Part shown: positions 1-10,761 of the stretch, piece after piece
How positions within the stretch are numbered: position 1 is the first letter of the stretch
Layout of the letters: each line of letters opens with the position of its first letter
NCBI GenBank assembly: GCA_965248445.1
Contig: CBDFJG010000003.1
Span: 1,152,001-1,216,000, forward strand
Direction: 5' to 3'
DNA from: Planctomycetota bacterium
Lineage (GTDB): Bacteria; Planctomycetota; JAJSAM01; JAJVHW01
DNA length: 64,000 bases
The notes under the pieces: generated by a model
The model's input: the letters and a program-made list of their open reading frames with translations, nothing else
The model's database searches: none
What the model was told of the DNA's origin: nothing
Position numbers and translations under genes: made by a program

Positions 1-2
1 AC

Positions 3-2777
3 CTCGATCTGCCCTACGACAAGCTGACCGTCGTCACGGGTGTCTCGGGGAGCGGCAAGTCGTCGCTCGTCTTCGACACGCTCTACGCCGAGGGACAGCG
101 ACGCTACGTCGAGACGTTCTCGGCGTACGCGCGCCAGTTCCTTGAACGGCTGCCTCGGCCGCAGGCCGAACGGATCGACGGGCTGCCGCCCGCGGTCGCC
201 GTCGAACAGCGCAACCCCGTGCGCACGTCGCGCTCGACGGTCGGGACCATGACCGAGCTGACCGATCACCTGAAGCTGCTCTTCGCCCGCGCGGCGACAC
301 TGTTCTGCCCGAACTGCGAGCAGGAGGTCCGAGCGCAGTCCCACGCGGACGTGGCGGATCGCATCGCGTCGCTGCCCGAGGGCACGCGCGTGACCATCGC
401 GTTTCCGCTGCCGCCGGCCGGCAATCTGCCATGGCCCGATCAGGTCGCCGCGCTGAGAGCCGCCGGGCTGACGCGTGTGATCAGCGGGAAGAACGCGCGC
501 CCCGTGGACGTCACGACGCTCGCCAAGCGGCCGCGCGCCAAGGCGCATGTCGTCGTCGACCGCGTCGTTGCGGGCAAGACCAAGCGAAGCCGGATCCTCG
601 ACTCGGCCGAGCAGGCGTTGCGGCTCGGCAAGGGACGCGCGGGCGCGCACCCGGAGAAGGGACGGGCACTCGCGTTCTCGAACGAGCGGCACTGCGCCAA
701 GTGCGACATCCACTTCGAGGAGCCGCGCCCGAACCTCTTCTCGTTCAACTCGCCGCTCGGCGCCTGCGAGACATGCCGTGGTTTCGGGCGGACGATCGAC
801 ATGGACCCGCGCGCCGTCATTCCCGACCCGGAACTGACGCTCGAAAAGGGCGCCGTGCGGCCGTGGACGACGCCGCGCACGCGCTCCGAACGCACCGCGC
901 TGCGCGAGTGGGCCGAGGAGAAGGGCATCCCGATGGACGTGCCGTGGGCGGAACTGCGCGCGAAGCACCAGGACTGGATACTCGAGGGAGACGCGCAGTT
1001 CTTCGGCGTACGCGGGTGGATGAGGTGGCTCGAACGCAAGGCGTACAAGCTGCGCGTGCGCGTGATTCTGGCTCGGTACCGGCGCTACATCACCTGCAGT
1101 GAGTGCGAGGGTGCAAGGCGACGCCCCGCGGCGCTCGACTGGCTGCTCGGCGGCCGGAACATCCACGAGTGGGAAACGCTGCCCGTCGGCGAGGCGCTCG
1201 ACACGATCGAGGCGCTCGAACTCTCCTCCGCGGCGGCGGCGGTCAGCGAAGTCGTGCTCGACGGCGTGTGTTCGCGACTGCGCTACTTGTCGGAAGTCGG
1301 CCTCGGCTACCTGACGCTCGACCGGGCAACGCGCACGCTCTCCGGCGGCGAGTTCCAGCGCGTGCACCTGGCGACCGCCCTCGGCGCAGCGCTGGTGAAC
1401 ACGCTGTACGTGCTGGACGAACCGTCGGTCGGACTGCATCCGCGCGACACAGACCGGCTCCTGGCGATCCTGCACCGGCTGCGCGACCGCGGAAACACGC
1501 TCGTGGTCGTCGAGCATGACCCGGACACGATCCGAGCGGCGGACCACGTCGTGGATCTCGGACCCGGTGCGGGCGAGCACGGCGGGCAGGTCGTGTTCGA
1601 GGGTTCGCTGAAGCAGCTCATGCGATCGAAGTCGTCACTGACTGCGCGCTTCCTGAGGGGGGACGAGCACGCGCTGCCGGGCGGGGACCGCGAGAGAAGA
1701 AGCGCAACCGGCGAGCTGATCCTCGAGGGAGCACGCGGCAACAACCTGCAGGACCTCAACATCACGATCCCGCTCGGCTGCGTGACCGCGATCGTCGGCG
1801 TATCGGGTTCGGGGAAGAGCACGCTCGTGAGCGACACGCTCTACGCGGCGCTGCGTGAGGCGACCGGCGAGAGCGGTCCCGAGCCGCTCCCCTTCGACGC
1901 GCTGGACGGCGAGGACCGGGTCGGACGCGTGCTGCTCGTCGATCAGTCCCCCATCGGGCGCACACCGCGGAGCAACCCGGCGACCTACTCCGGCGCGATG
2001 CTCCGCATCCGCACGCTGCTGTCGCGCACAGACACCGCGCGCAAGCTGCGCCTCTCCGCCAAGAGGTTCTCGTTCAACGACCGCCGCGGACGCTGCGCCG
2101 CGTGCGAGGGCGCGGGCGTCGAGGTCATGGAGATGCAGTTCCTCGCCGACGTCGCCATCCCTTGCGAGGAGTGCGGCGGCCGGCGCTTCAAGCAGGAGGT
2201 GCTGCTCGTCAAGTACCACGGCAAGGACGTCAACGACCTCCTCGATCTGCCCGTCGCCGAGGCGATCGCGTTCCTCGATCCGGAACGCGCGCGCACCGAC
2301 CTCGGCGCGGACGCGGGTCGCGCGGCAGCGAAGGCCGTGCAGGCGCTGCAGCCGCTCGTGGACGTCGGTCTCGGGTACCTGCGCATCGGGCAGCCGGCGA
2401 CCACGCTCTCGGGCGGCGAAGCCCAGCGACTCAAGCTCGCGTCGCACCTGGCCATGGCGACGACTCGGCGCGGAGGCCGCGGGAGGCGGGCGTTCCTGAT
2501 CCTGGACGAGCCGACGACGGGACTCCACCTCGCTGATGTGCGCGCGCTCATCGCGTGTCTCGACCGGCTGGCGGATGCAGGCCACACTGTGGTCGTCGTC
2601 GAACACCACCTATCCGTCGTGGCGGCGGCAGACCACGTGATCGAGCTCGGCCCAGGAGGGGGCGCGGATGGCGGCCGCATCGTGGCGACCGGAACGCCCG
2701 AGGACCTCGCGAAGAAGAGAGGCTCCCCGACGGCGCCGTACCTGAAGGCCGTGCTCGCCGCGGAGATGACGCCGTGA
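3..2777 (+). CDS. uvrA: Excinuclease ABC subunit A (UvrA), module 1; 5' end lies outside the window
   Basis: Frame is open from position 3: TGVSGSGKSSLVFDTLYAEGQRRYVE (Walker A), CPNC/CAKC/CETC zinc fingers, LSGGEFQR, LDEPSVGLHPRD, and a second NBD (GVSGSGKS, LSGGEAQR, LDEPTTGLH). Confidence 0.93.
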   Translation, partial: LDLPYDKLTVVTGVSGSGKSSLVFDTLYAEGQRRYVETFSAYARQFLERLPRPQAERIDGLPPAVAVEQRNPVRTSRSTVGTMTELTDHLKLLFARAATLFCPNCEQEVRAQSHADVADRIASLPEGTRVTIAFPLPPAGNLPWPDQVAALRAAGLTRVISGKNARPVDVTTLAKRPRAKAHVVVDRVVAGKTKRSRILDSAEQALRLGKGRAGAHPEKGRALAFSNERHCAKCDIHFEEPRPNLFSFNSPLGACETCRGFGRTIDMDPRAVIPDPELTLEKGAVRPWTTPRTRSERTALREWAEEKGIPMDVPWAELRAKHQDWILEGDAQFFGVRGWMRWLERKAYKLRVRVILARYRRYITCSECEGARRRPAALDWLLGGRNIHEWETLPVGEALDTIEALELSSAAAAVSEVVLDGVCSRLRYLSEVGLGYLTLDRATRTLSGGEFQRVHLATALGAALVNTLYVLDEPSVGLHPRDTDRLLAILHRLRDRGNTLVVVEHDPDTIRAADHVVDLGPGAGEHGGQVVFEGSLKQLMRSKSSLTARFLRGDEHALPGGDRERRSATGELILEGARGNNLQDLNITIPLGCVTAIVGVSGSGKSTLVSDTLYAALREATGESGPEPLPFDALDGEDRVGRVLLVDQSPIGRTPRSNPATYSGAMLRIRTLLSRTDTARKLRLSAKRFSFNDRRGRCAACEGAGVEVMEMQFLADVAIPCEECGGRRFKQEVLLVKYHGKDVNDLLDLPVAEAIAFLDPERARTDLGADAGRAAAKAVQALQPLVDVGLGYLRIGQPATTLSGGEAQRLKLASHLAMATTRRGGRGRRAFLILDEPTTGLHLADVRALIACLDRLADAGHTVVVVEHHLSVVAAADHVIELGPGGGADGGRIVATGTPEDLAKKRGSPTAPYLKAVLAAEMTP

Positions 2778-5275
2778 GCCGCCTGACCGAGATCGTCGTC
2801 CGTGGCGCACGCGAGCACAACCTGCGCGGTGTCGACGTGCGCGTGCCCCACGGCACGTTCACGGTGATCAGCGGCGTCTCCGGCAGCGGCAAGACGTCGC
2901 TCGCCCGCGACACGATTCACGCAGAGGGCCGGCGGCGGTATCTCGAGTCGCTGTCTGCGTTCGCGCGACAGTTTGTCGAGAGGGTGCCACGTCCGGATGT
3001 CGAGGAGATCGCGGGCCTCCCCCCCACCGTCGCGATCGATCAGCGCACCACGCGCGGGGGCGCCCGGGCCACGGTCGCCTCGATGTCCGACGTGCTCGAC
3101 TACCTGCGCCTGCTGTGGGCGCGGCTCGGCACGCGGCACTGCGAGCGATGCGGCGAACCAGTCACCGCCACATCGCGTGAGCGTATCCGCAAGGAGGTCG
3201 CCCGGCTCGGCGGCCGCAAGAAGCGCGTGCATCTGCTCGCCCCGATGGTGCGGCGCCGCAAGGGCTTCCACACCGACGTGTTCCGGCGTCTCGCGCGGCT
3301 GGGGATCGAGCGCGTCCGCGTGGACGGAGAAGGGCAGGAGGTCGACGCGACAACACGGCTCTCGCGCTATCACGAGCATTCGATCGAAGCGGTCGTCGCG
3401 ACGGCGCGCACCACCACGGCCCATCGCGACGAGCTTGACGCCGGCATCGAGCGGGCACTCGACATCGGCAAGGGGACGCTGCTCGCGGCTGCTGCGGATG
3501 ATCTGGCCGACGCCGTGCTGTTCTCGGCCGTGTCGGCCTGCGCGGAGTGCGGGATCGCGTACCGCTCGCTCGAACCGGGCGACCTGTCGTGGAGCTTGAA
3601 GCGCGGCCAGTGCGGCCGCTGCCGCGGACGGGGTACCGAGGAGACGGACGGCGACGGCGAGCCCGCCCCGTGCAAGCGATGCGACGGCGCGCGGCTCGGC
3701 AAGGCATCGCGGGGTGTGCGCTACCACGGCCTCGGCCTGCACGAGTTCCTGGCGCACACGATCACCGACGCGCGGGCTTGGCTCCTCGCGATCGACCCCG
3801 CCTCCGAACGCGAATCGGTCGTGCTGACCCCGGTGCGGGACGAGGTCGCGGCGCGACTGGCGTTCGTGGCGGACGTCGGGTTGTCCTATCTGTCGCTCGA
3901 CCGCGGGGCGCGCACGCTGTCGGGTGGCGAGTCGCAACGCGTGCGGCTTGCGTCCCAACTGGGAACCGGCCTGCGCGGTGTCTGCTACGTGCTGGATGAA
4001 CCGACGATCGGGCTCCACCCGGTGGACACGACACGGCTCCTCGGCACGCTGACGTCTCTGGCGGACGGCGGCGCAACGCTGCTGGTCGTCGAGCACGACG
4101 AGGACACGATCCGCGCAGCGGATCTGGTCATCGACCTCGGCCCGGGCGCCGGCGTCCACGGCGGCCGAATCGCAGCCGTCGGCTCCCCCGCCGACCTCGC
4201 CAGGCGCCGGGCGGGAGTCACTGGCGAATGGCTCGCGCGCGCCGCCGAGAAGAGCGAACCGCGCAAGTGCCGCGACACGAGCGGCCCGGCGATCCGCCTG
4301 AAGGATGTGACGGCACGGAACCTCCGCGGCATCGACGTTGCGTTCCCCGTCGGTGCGCTGACGTGCGTCACGGGAGTCTCAGGCAGCGGTAAGAGCACGC
4401 TCGTGCGTCACGTGCTGCTGCCGGTACTGCTGCGGAAGCTCGACCGCAAGGGTCCGGCACCCGGCGCGCACCGCTCCTCGTCCGTTCCGCCGGACGTGCA
4501 GGCCGTCGTGGAGGTCGACCAGAGTCCGATCGGGAAGACGTCGCGGAGTGTCCCGGCCACGTACACCAAACTGATGGACCCGCTGCGCAAGCTGTTCGCC
4601 GAGACGATCGAGGCGCGCGCGCGTGGGTTCACCGCGTCACGCTTCTCGTTCAACTCGGGTCCGGGGCGGTGCCCTGAATGCCAGGGCCGCGGCGCGATCA
4701 AGATGGAGATGAGCTTCCTCCCGGACGTGCGTGTGGAGTGCGATCAGTGCGGCGGGGCGCGCTACGACGAGGAGACCCTCGCCGTCACGATCGCCGGCCA
4801 CTCCATCGCCGAAGCGCTCGACATGCCGATCGCGCAAGCGCGTCCCATCTTCTCGGCGTTCCCCAAGATCGCGCGCGTGCTCGACGTGCTGGACGACGTC
4901 GGACTCGGTTACCTGCGGCTCGGCCAGCCGTCTCCCACGCTCTCCGGCGGCGAAGCGCAACGCGTGAAACTCGCAACGGAGATGGCGCGCCGCAGAAAGG
5001 GCGGCCGCGTGTACCTGCTCGACGAACCGACCACCGGATTACACGCGCAGGACGTCGACCGCCTGATCGCCGTGCTGCATGATCTCGTGGAACTCGGCAA
5101 CACAGTGGTCGTGATCGAGCACCAAATGGACGTGATCGCAGCCGCGGATCACGTCATCGACCTGGGCCCCGGCGGCGGCGCCGCGGGCGGCGGTCTGGTC
5201 GCCTCGGGTACGCCCGAGCAGGTCGCCCGCGTCAAGCGTTCCGCCACCGGTCGGTGCCTGGCAGCCCGCGTCTAG
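2774..5275 (+). CDS. uvrA: Excinuclease ABC subunit A (UvrA), module 2
   Basis: GTG start overlaps the previous TGA (GTGA). Begins IVVRGAREHNLRGVDV...GVSGSGKTSLARDTIHAEGRRRYLES and has two complete ABC NBDs. The ORF-track start at 2555 is too far upstream. Confidence 0.92.
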   Translation: MSRLTEIVVRGAREHNLRGVDVRVPHGTFTVISGVSGSGKTSLARDTIHAEGRRRYLESLSAFARQFVERVPRPDVEEIAGLPPTVAIDQRTTRGGARATVASMSDVLDYLRLLWARLGTRHCERCGEPVTATSRERIRKEVARLGGRKKRVHLLAPMVRRRKGFHTDVFRRLARLGIERVRVDGEGQEVDATTRLSRYHEHSIEAVVATARTTTAHRDELDAGIERALDIGKGTLLAAAADDLADAVLFSAVSACAECGIAYRSLEPGDLSWSLKRGQCGRCRGRGTEETDGDGEPAPCKRCDGARLGKASRGVRYHGLGLHEFLAHTITDARAWLLAIDPASERESVVLTPVRDEVAARLAFVADVGLSYLSLDRGARTLSGGESQRVRLASQLGTGLRGVCYVLDEPTIGLHPVDTTRLLGTLTSLADGGATLLVVEHDEDTIRAADLVIDLGPGAGVHGGRIAAVGSPADLARRRAGVTGEWLARAAEKSEPRKCRDTSGPAIRLKDVTARNLRGIDVAFPVGALTCVTGVSGSGKSTLVRHVLLPVLLRKLDRKGPAPGAHRSSSVPPDVQAVVEVDQSPIGKTSRSVPATYTKLMDPLRKLFAETIEARARGFTASRFSFNSGPGRCPECQGRGAIKMEMSFLPDVRVECDQCGGARYDEETLAVTIAGHSIAEALDMPIAQARPIFSAFPKIARVLDVLDDVGLGYLRLGQPSPTLSGGEAQRVKLATEMARRRKGGRVYLLDEPTTGLHAQDVDRLIAVLHDLVELGNTVVVIEHQMDVIAAADHVIDLGPGGGAAGGGLVASGTPEQVARVKRSATGRCLAARV

Positions 5276-5898
5276 GGCTCGCGCACTGCATAGGTGACAT
5301 CGAGCAAGAGCCGCCCATCGACGACACTCAGTATGGCTGCGAAGTTCACTACGACAGCTCCACCGAAGTCGAGCCCGCCTGAGTGGGACGTGTGCGCAGC
5401 GTGGCGGTTCGGGCACAGCACGTCGCGGCCGAACGTGACGTTGCTGAAGCCGAACGGTATCGGTGGCGTGGCTTCGATGTCCAGGTTGTCGATCAGAAGC
5501 TCTTTCACCTGCGTGTCGCAATGACAGTCGTCGTCACTGCTGACGTCATCGTTTCCCGTGTCTCCGATCACCGTCACGCTCGTCACCGCGTTACCAGTGA
5601 GGGTGAGGTCGTGCCCATCGCCGTCGCCGGGGCAGAACCCCTCGACTTCGGAGCCCGCTTCGGGGAGCACCGTCGTCTCGGCCCGCGAGCTGGCGGTGGT
5701 CGTGAAGGGAGGAAGCGGGAGTGTCGTGCCCACCCGGAACCCGGTGACCGTGTGTCCGGTCGTAGTAAGAAGACCCCGCGACGTGAGGTGGTCGAGGACA
5801 TCGATCTGTTTGGTCATCACGATCGAAGTCGTTGTGCCGCAAGCGGTGAGCGCGGTCGCTACCGCGCCAATGAGTAGTAGCGCGAGAATCCTGTGCAT
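5272..5898 (-). CDS. Hypothetical lipoprotein
   Basis: 208-aa ORF with signal peptide and lipobox-like LTAC; GAGGGG RBS-like motif upstream. Confidence 0.65.
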   Translation of the reverse strand: MHRILALLLIGAVATALTACGTTTSIVMTKQIDVLDHLTSRGLLTTTGHTVTGFRVGTTLPLPPFTTTASSRAETTVLPEAGSEVEGFCPGDGDGHDLTLTGNAVTSVTVIGDTGNDDVSSDDDCHCDTQVKELLIDNLDIEATPPIPFGFSNVTFGRDVLCPNRHAAHTSHSGGLDFGGAVVVNFAAILSVVDGRLLLDVTYAVREP

Positions 5899-6117
5899 TT
5901 GAGCCCCTCTCTCTCAGACCGCCGAAAGTGACGGTCCACCGGGGATGCTACTGAGATCGCAGCTTCGAGGGCCCGCCTCGATCTGACTGGGCTGACCTTC
6001 GGGTCCCGTTCACGCCCGGGAAGGTAGCCTCGTGTGGTCCCGGGTTTGCGCTGGTGCCTGGCTGGAGACGGCCCGCAAGTGATGCGCTCGCCTCGCCGTC
6101 CCCGGGGACGGACAACC

Positions 6118-9100
6118 ATGACGCCCAACGAAGCCACTTCCGACGCCGTTGAGACCCCCGACGCAGGCTCGGAGGCCGCGTCCGGCGAGACTGCCGCGAA
6201 GCCACGCAAGAAGCGCCGCTGGGGGCGGAGGCTCGGGCTGGCTGCGCTGATCGGGGCCGGCGGCCTGGCCGCCCTGCCGGCGCTGCTGAGCACCGGGTGG
6301 GTGAACGGCGTGATCGGCGACTGGTTGGTGGAGAACGTGGACCGCCCGGTCGAGTTCGACACTCTCGACGTGTCGTGGCAGGACGGCATCACGATCACCA
6401 ACCTGCGCGTCCACGAAGAGGACCGCGCCGGCCCGCCGATGCTCACGGCACCGCTGGTCAAGATCGACGCCAAGCTCCTTCCGCTTCTGTACCGCGAGGT
6501 CAAGGTGACGCAATTCGTCATCCACGATCCGGTCATCCGCATCTCGAAGGAGGAAGACCGCTTCAACACCGAGGGCGCTCTCAAGCGCAAGAAGAAGCGG
6601 AAGAAGAAGCGCGACAAGGACGAAGTCGACGAACCCGACGAGGCGCTGGTTCTGCCGCGCATCAACGTCCCCGTAGAGGTGCGCAACGCCACCATCGTGT
6701 TCGTCAACGAGGAGGGCCGCGAAGCGCGCCAGGGGAACATCCAGCTGAACGGGCACCTCTCCACGCGCGACGGACCGTCCACCTTCGAGTTCTCCGCGTC
6801 CGACTCACCGACGAGCAGCATCTCGGCGAAGGGCACCGTCACGCTCTTCGACGCCGATGGAATGGAACTCGACGCGTTCGACCGCGAGGTGGACGCAACC
6901 GTCACGATCGAGAACGTCAACGCCGCGACGAACCGCGACATCCTCGCGCTGTTCCTCGGCGACTCCCCCGCCGCGGGAGTCGTCAACGGGAAGCTGACGG
7001 TGCGGACCCGCGGCTCCGACGCCGACGGCTACGTCGAACTCGTCGTGACCGGCATCGCAGTCGGCGATGCGGTCGGCGTCCGGGACACGACCGCGGAAGA
7101 CCTGCGCATCAAGGGCAGCTTCCACTACGCGCGCGACATCGTCCGCGTGAACAAGTTCGTCATCACCGGCGACGGCCTGGACGCGCGCTTGTCGGTCGAG
7201 GGCGACATGCAGTCGCTCGTCGGCGGGGGCTCGTTCCATGCGGACCTGGACCGCATGCGCAACGCCATGGCTGCGATGGGAATCGAGATCTCGGGGTTGG
7301 CGGGACAGGTCACGGGCAACCTCGACTTCTCCGACGGCGGGACCCGCGGCGTCGGCAGCCTTGTCGCGACCAACGTGTTCATTCCGAGCCCCGTCGAAGG
7401 ACGGCCGCCCGTCTCGCTCGACGGTTCCCGGATCGACTTCGTCATCTCTCCCCAGGAGGGCGGAGTGATGGTCGAGAACGCCCGGCTCACGATGCCGGCG
7501 TTCTCCGCCGATGCACGCGGCGTGATCGGGATCGGCAAGGACGGCGGACTCGACGTCACGACCAAGGCGGCCGGAGATCTGGAACTTGTGCTCGGGCGGC
7601 TCCGGGACCTCGGGCTCGCACCGAAGGACCTCGCGCTCGCCGGCAAGATCAACGCCGAGATCCGCACCGTGCGCGGCACCGACGGCGGCAAGCCGAGTGT
7701 GGTGATCGAACGCTTCGACGTGACCGGTGACGACGTCTCGATCCGCATCAAGGGCACGCGCTCGCCCGACGGACAGCTCGACTTCACGGCGAGCGGCCAG
7801 GGCGACATCCAAAAGCTCCTGGGTGCCGCGGCCAGGGGTTCCGACGCGAATCTCGCAGCCGTGCACGGGCGCTTCGACTTCGCCGCCCGCGCGAGCGGGA
7901 CCGACAAGGAACTGGACGTGCTCGTCGAGCGCCTGCACCTCGACGGCGACGTGCAGGTGGACGCCTCCGCGCGTCTGGCGCCCAACGGCGCGCTCTCGGG
8001 GTCGTTCGCGGCTGACGGGCAGGTCGATCGGCTCGTGTCGCTCCTGCGTCGCATGGGGCTGCTCGAGGCGAACCTCGTAGTCGGCGGAAAGCTGCACGCG
8101 AGCGCGACCATCGCCGGCACGCGCGAGAATCCGGAGATCCCCGATCTGACCATCAACCTCTTCGACGGCCCCATCACCGCGAGTATCCGCGGCAAGCGCG
8201 GCTCGGACGGTGCAATCGAGGCGACGGTCGACGCCACGTCGGGTGTGGACGATCTGCTCGACATTGCCCGGTCGCTCGGCAAATTCGAGTCGAGCTATCG
8301 CCCGGGCGGCACCGTCGAGCTGCGGGCCGTCATCGGCGGAACGGGCGACAAGACTGTCGTGCCGACCGCGCAGTTCCGCGTGACGGGGCCGCTCTCGGTC
8401 GAAGCGACCGGCTCTCTCGACGCGGCGGGTCACGTTCAGGCCAAGGCCACGATGAACGGCCGGCTGCAGCCGTTGCTGGCCGCAATCGCCGCGCAGCGCG
8501 AGACGAGCGACGTGCCGCACATCGAGGGCACCATCGACGGCGAACTCGTGGTGGACGGTCCTCGGGACGCCCTGACCTACCGGCTTTCGCGTCTCGACGT
8601 GCGCTCGGGCGCCGTTGCGCTGACGGGCACAGCGCTGCGCCGTCCGGACGGCGCCACCGAGGGCGAGGTCACCGCGAAGGGCTCGCTGACGGATCTGCTC
8701 GAGATCGCGCACGGCCTCGGCCATGCCGAGGAGTACCACGGCAGCGGCGTGCTCGACGCGCGCGTCGGCGCAACGACGCTCGACGGCAGCGACCGTCTGC
8801 GCGTGTCGGTCGCGGCGGCCCTCCAAGACATCGGCCTCCTCCGGTCCCCCGCGGACGGCAGCGAGCCCACCCGGTATCACACGAACCAACTGAGTCTCGA
8901 CGTCGCGCCGTTCACGATGGATCCGGGAACGAAGGAGCACGACCCGATCGCGGCGACGCTCCGCCTGGGAGACGCAACCGCGGAGTTGAAGATGCTCTCG
9001 GGCCTCGCGTCGTACGGCCCGCTCGACGCCACCGTGACCGGTTCCGGCGCGCTGCAGCCGATCCTCGACCTCGCGGCCTTCGTCACCGGCGGAACGCCGA

Positions 9101-10716
9101 CACAGGTCGGCGGGACGTTCGAGTTCGACGTCCGCGCCAGCGGCACGCGCGACGCCCCGCGCTACCAGGTGCCGAGTCTCCGGCTGGAGTCCGGTGGTCT
9201 CACGGCCCGCGTCACCGCGACGCTCCCGGACGAGAAGACCGCCGACGTGGACGCAAACGTCTCGGGCGAGGTGTCCCGTGCGCTCGCGATCGCCCAGGCA
9301 TTCGGCAAGGGGACCGAGCGGCAGGCAACCGGACGCTTCGAACTCGACGTGAATGCCAAGATGCGCGACGGCCTCGCCACCGCGTCCGTCGACGCGACCG
9401 CCACGGACCTCGTGGTCACGGATCCGACGGACCCCGATTCCAAGCCGACCCGCGAGCCGCGTCTCCACATCACGGCGAACGACATCCGCTACGACAAGGC
9501 ATCGGGGCGCATCGAGCCGTTCCGTCTGGTCGCAGAGGCGCTCGGCGCTCGCGTCGAGGGCACGTTCTCGTACGCGGAGGGCGCCATCCCCACGGGCGCG
9601 ACCGACCCGGCCGAGAACGTGTCGATCGACGGCACGGTGCTCGTCACGAGGGACTTCGCGGCCAACCACCCGGAGTTCTTCGATGAGATCCAACTCGAAC
9701 GCCTGGAGGGCCCCGTGCGCTTCAGTGGCGACATCTCCCGTGGCCGCGACGGCGCGGCCACGTGGAACGGTGCGCTCGACCTCCGCGCGACGCAGCTGAC
9801 CGCACCGCACGTGCGCGCGGACTGGCTGCAGCTCACCGGGACGGTCGGGAACGGAGCCGTCGAGATCACGAGACTCGAGGGTCTCGTCAACGACGGCACC
9901 GTGACGGGCACGGCGCACCTCGGACTGCTCGGCAAGCACCCCGAGCACCGCATCGACCTCGACGCGAAGGACGTGACCGTCGACGGTGCACTTGCACCGC
10001 TGCTCGCCCGCGCGTCGCCGCTCCTCGCCACGGGCGAAGAGGGAACGGTCAGCGGCAAGACGGGCATCGTTGCGCACCTGACGGCCAACGGCCTGAAGGG
10101 CAAGCGCATCAAGAAGACGGTCAACGGTAACGGGGTCCTGCGGCTGCGCGACGTGACCGTGCGCTCGTCCGGCTGGGTCGGCAAACTGCTCGACTTCACC
10201 GGTGCGGGGAACCTGCTCCAAATCGCAAACGCCGAGGTGCCGTTCACCGTCGAGAACGGGAAGGTCACCACCGATGACATCCCGATCGACGTGGTCGGAC
10301 TGCCGATGAAACTCGGCGGCACCGCGACAACGCAGGGCGACCTGGACTACCGCCTGAAGGTCAAGCCGAGCGGCGGTTCATCCGGGCTCACGAAGTACGG
10401 CGCGCTGTTCGACAAGGATGGCTACCTGCCGCTTCGACTCGAGGGCGACATCTCCGATCCGTCGCTCAAGCTGCCGAGCATCAAGGACATCCTGGGAGGC
10501 GGCGGCGGCGACGGCGACTCCGCCACCGACAAGGTGAAGGACATCTGGGACAAGCTCCGCGGCAAGGACGAGGAGAAAGACGGCGCGGGCGAAGAGCCCG
10601 TGGGCGAAGACGGCCTCACCGACGAGCAGCGGCGCAAGCGCCGAGAGCGCCGCAAGCGGAGGAAGAAGAAGGAACAGGAAGCGGAGAACGACGGCGTCCC
10701 TCCGCCGCCTCGTTAG
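6118..10716 (+). CDS. Large AsmA/TamB-like membrane-anchored beta-rich protein
   Basis: ~1532 aa with an N-terminal TM anchor (LGLAALIGAGGLAALPALLS), repetitive beta-strand segments and an AsmA-like C-terminus (LPLRLEGDISDPSL). Confidence 0.7.
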   Translation: MTPNEATSDAVETPDAGSEAASGETAAKPRKKRRWGRRLGLAALIGAGGLAALPALLSTGWVNGVIGDWLVENVDRPVEFDTLDVSWQDGITITNLRVHEEDRAGPPMLTAPLVKIDAKLLPLLYREVKVTQFVIHDPVIRISKEEDRFNTEGALKRKKKRKKKRDKDEVDEPDEALVLPRINVPVEVRNATIVFVNEEGREARQGNIQLNGHLSTRDGPSTFEFSASDSPTSSISAKGTVTLFDADGMELDAFDREVDATVTIENVNAATNRDILALFLGDSPAAGVVNGKLTVRTRGSDADGYVELVVTGIAVGDAVGVRDTTAEDLRIKGSFHYARDIVRVNKFVITGDGLDARLSVEGDMQSLVGGGSFHADLDRMRNAMAAMGIEISGLAGQVTGNLDFSDGGTRGVGSLVATNVFIPSPVEGRPPVSLDGSRIDFVISPQEGGVMVENARLTMPAFSADARGVIGIGKDGGLDVTTKAAGDLELVLGRLRDLGLAPKDLALAGKINAEIRTVRGTDGGKPSVVIERFDVTGDDVSIRIKGTRSPDGQLDFTASGQGDIQKLLGAAARGSDANLAAVHGRFDFAARASGTDKELDVLVERLHLDGDVQVDASARLAPNGALSGSFAADGQVDRLVSLLRRMGLLEANLVVGGKLHASATIAGTRENPEIPDLTINLFDGPITASIRGKRGSDGAIEATVDATSGVDDLLDIARSLGKFESSYRPGGTVELRAVIGGTGDKTVVPTAQFRVTGPLSVEATGSLDAAGHVQAKATMNGRLQPLLAAIAAQRETSDVPHIEGTIDGELVVDGPRDALTYRLSRLDVRSGAVALTGTALRRPDGATEGEVTAKGSLTDLLEIAHGLGHAEEYHGSGVLDARVGATTLDGSDRLRVSVAAALQDIGLLRSPADGSEPTRYHTNQLSLDVAPFTMDPGTKEHDPIAATLRLGDATAELKMLSGLASYGPLDATVTGSGALQPILDLAAFVTGGTPTQVGGTFEFDVRASGTRDAPRYQVPSLRLESGGLTARVTATLPDEKTADVDANVSGEVSRALAIAQAFGKGTERQATGRFELDVNAKMRDGLATASVDATATDLVVTDPTDPDSKPTREPRLHITANDIRYDKASGRIEPFRLVAEALGARVEGTFSYAEGAIPTGATDPAENVSIDGTVLVTRDFAANHPEFFDEIQLERLEGPVRFSGDISRGRDGAATWNGALDLRATQLTAPHVRADWLQLTGTVGNGAVEITRLEGLVNDGTVTGTAHLGLLGKHPEHRIDLDAKDVTVDGALAPLLARASPLLATGEEGTVSGKTGIVAHLTANGLKGKRIKKTVNGNGVLRLRDVTVRSSGWVGKLLDFTGAGNLLQIANAEVPFTVENGKVTTDDIPIDVVGLPMKLGGTATTQGDLDYRLKVKPSGGSSGLTKYGALFDKDGYLPLRLEGDISDPSLKLPSIKDILGGGGGDGDSATDKVKDIWDKLRGKDEEKDGAGEEPVGEDGLTDEQRRKRRERRKRRKKKEQEAENDGVPPPPR

Positions 10717-10730
10717 TCGCTCCCGCGCAG

Positions 10731-10752
10731 GGGCGGGGTTCTACCCCCGCCC
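10731..10752. terminator. GC-rich hairpin between convergent genes (terminator or REP-like)
   Basis: GGGCGGGG-ttctac-CCCCGCCC lies between the stops at 10716 (+) and 10762 (-); no U-tract. Confidence 0.45.
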
Positions 10753-10761
10753 GCGACCTGA

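Noticed and set aside
5990..6030. Hairpin GGCTGACCTTC...GAAGGTAGCC as a riboswitch or SRP RNA
   Set aside because: No recognisable conserved motif; a single stem is unremarkable at this GC content.
6805..10221. Long antisense or alternative-frame ORFs (also 20351-23722, 1985-4159, 45620-47800)
   Set aside because: Shadow ORFs expected from high-GC codon bias; Arg/Ala/Pro-rich with no recognisable motifs.
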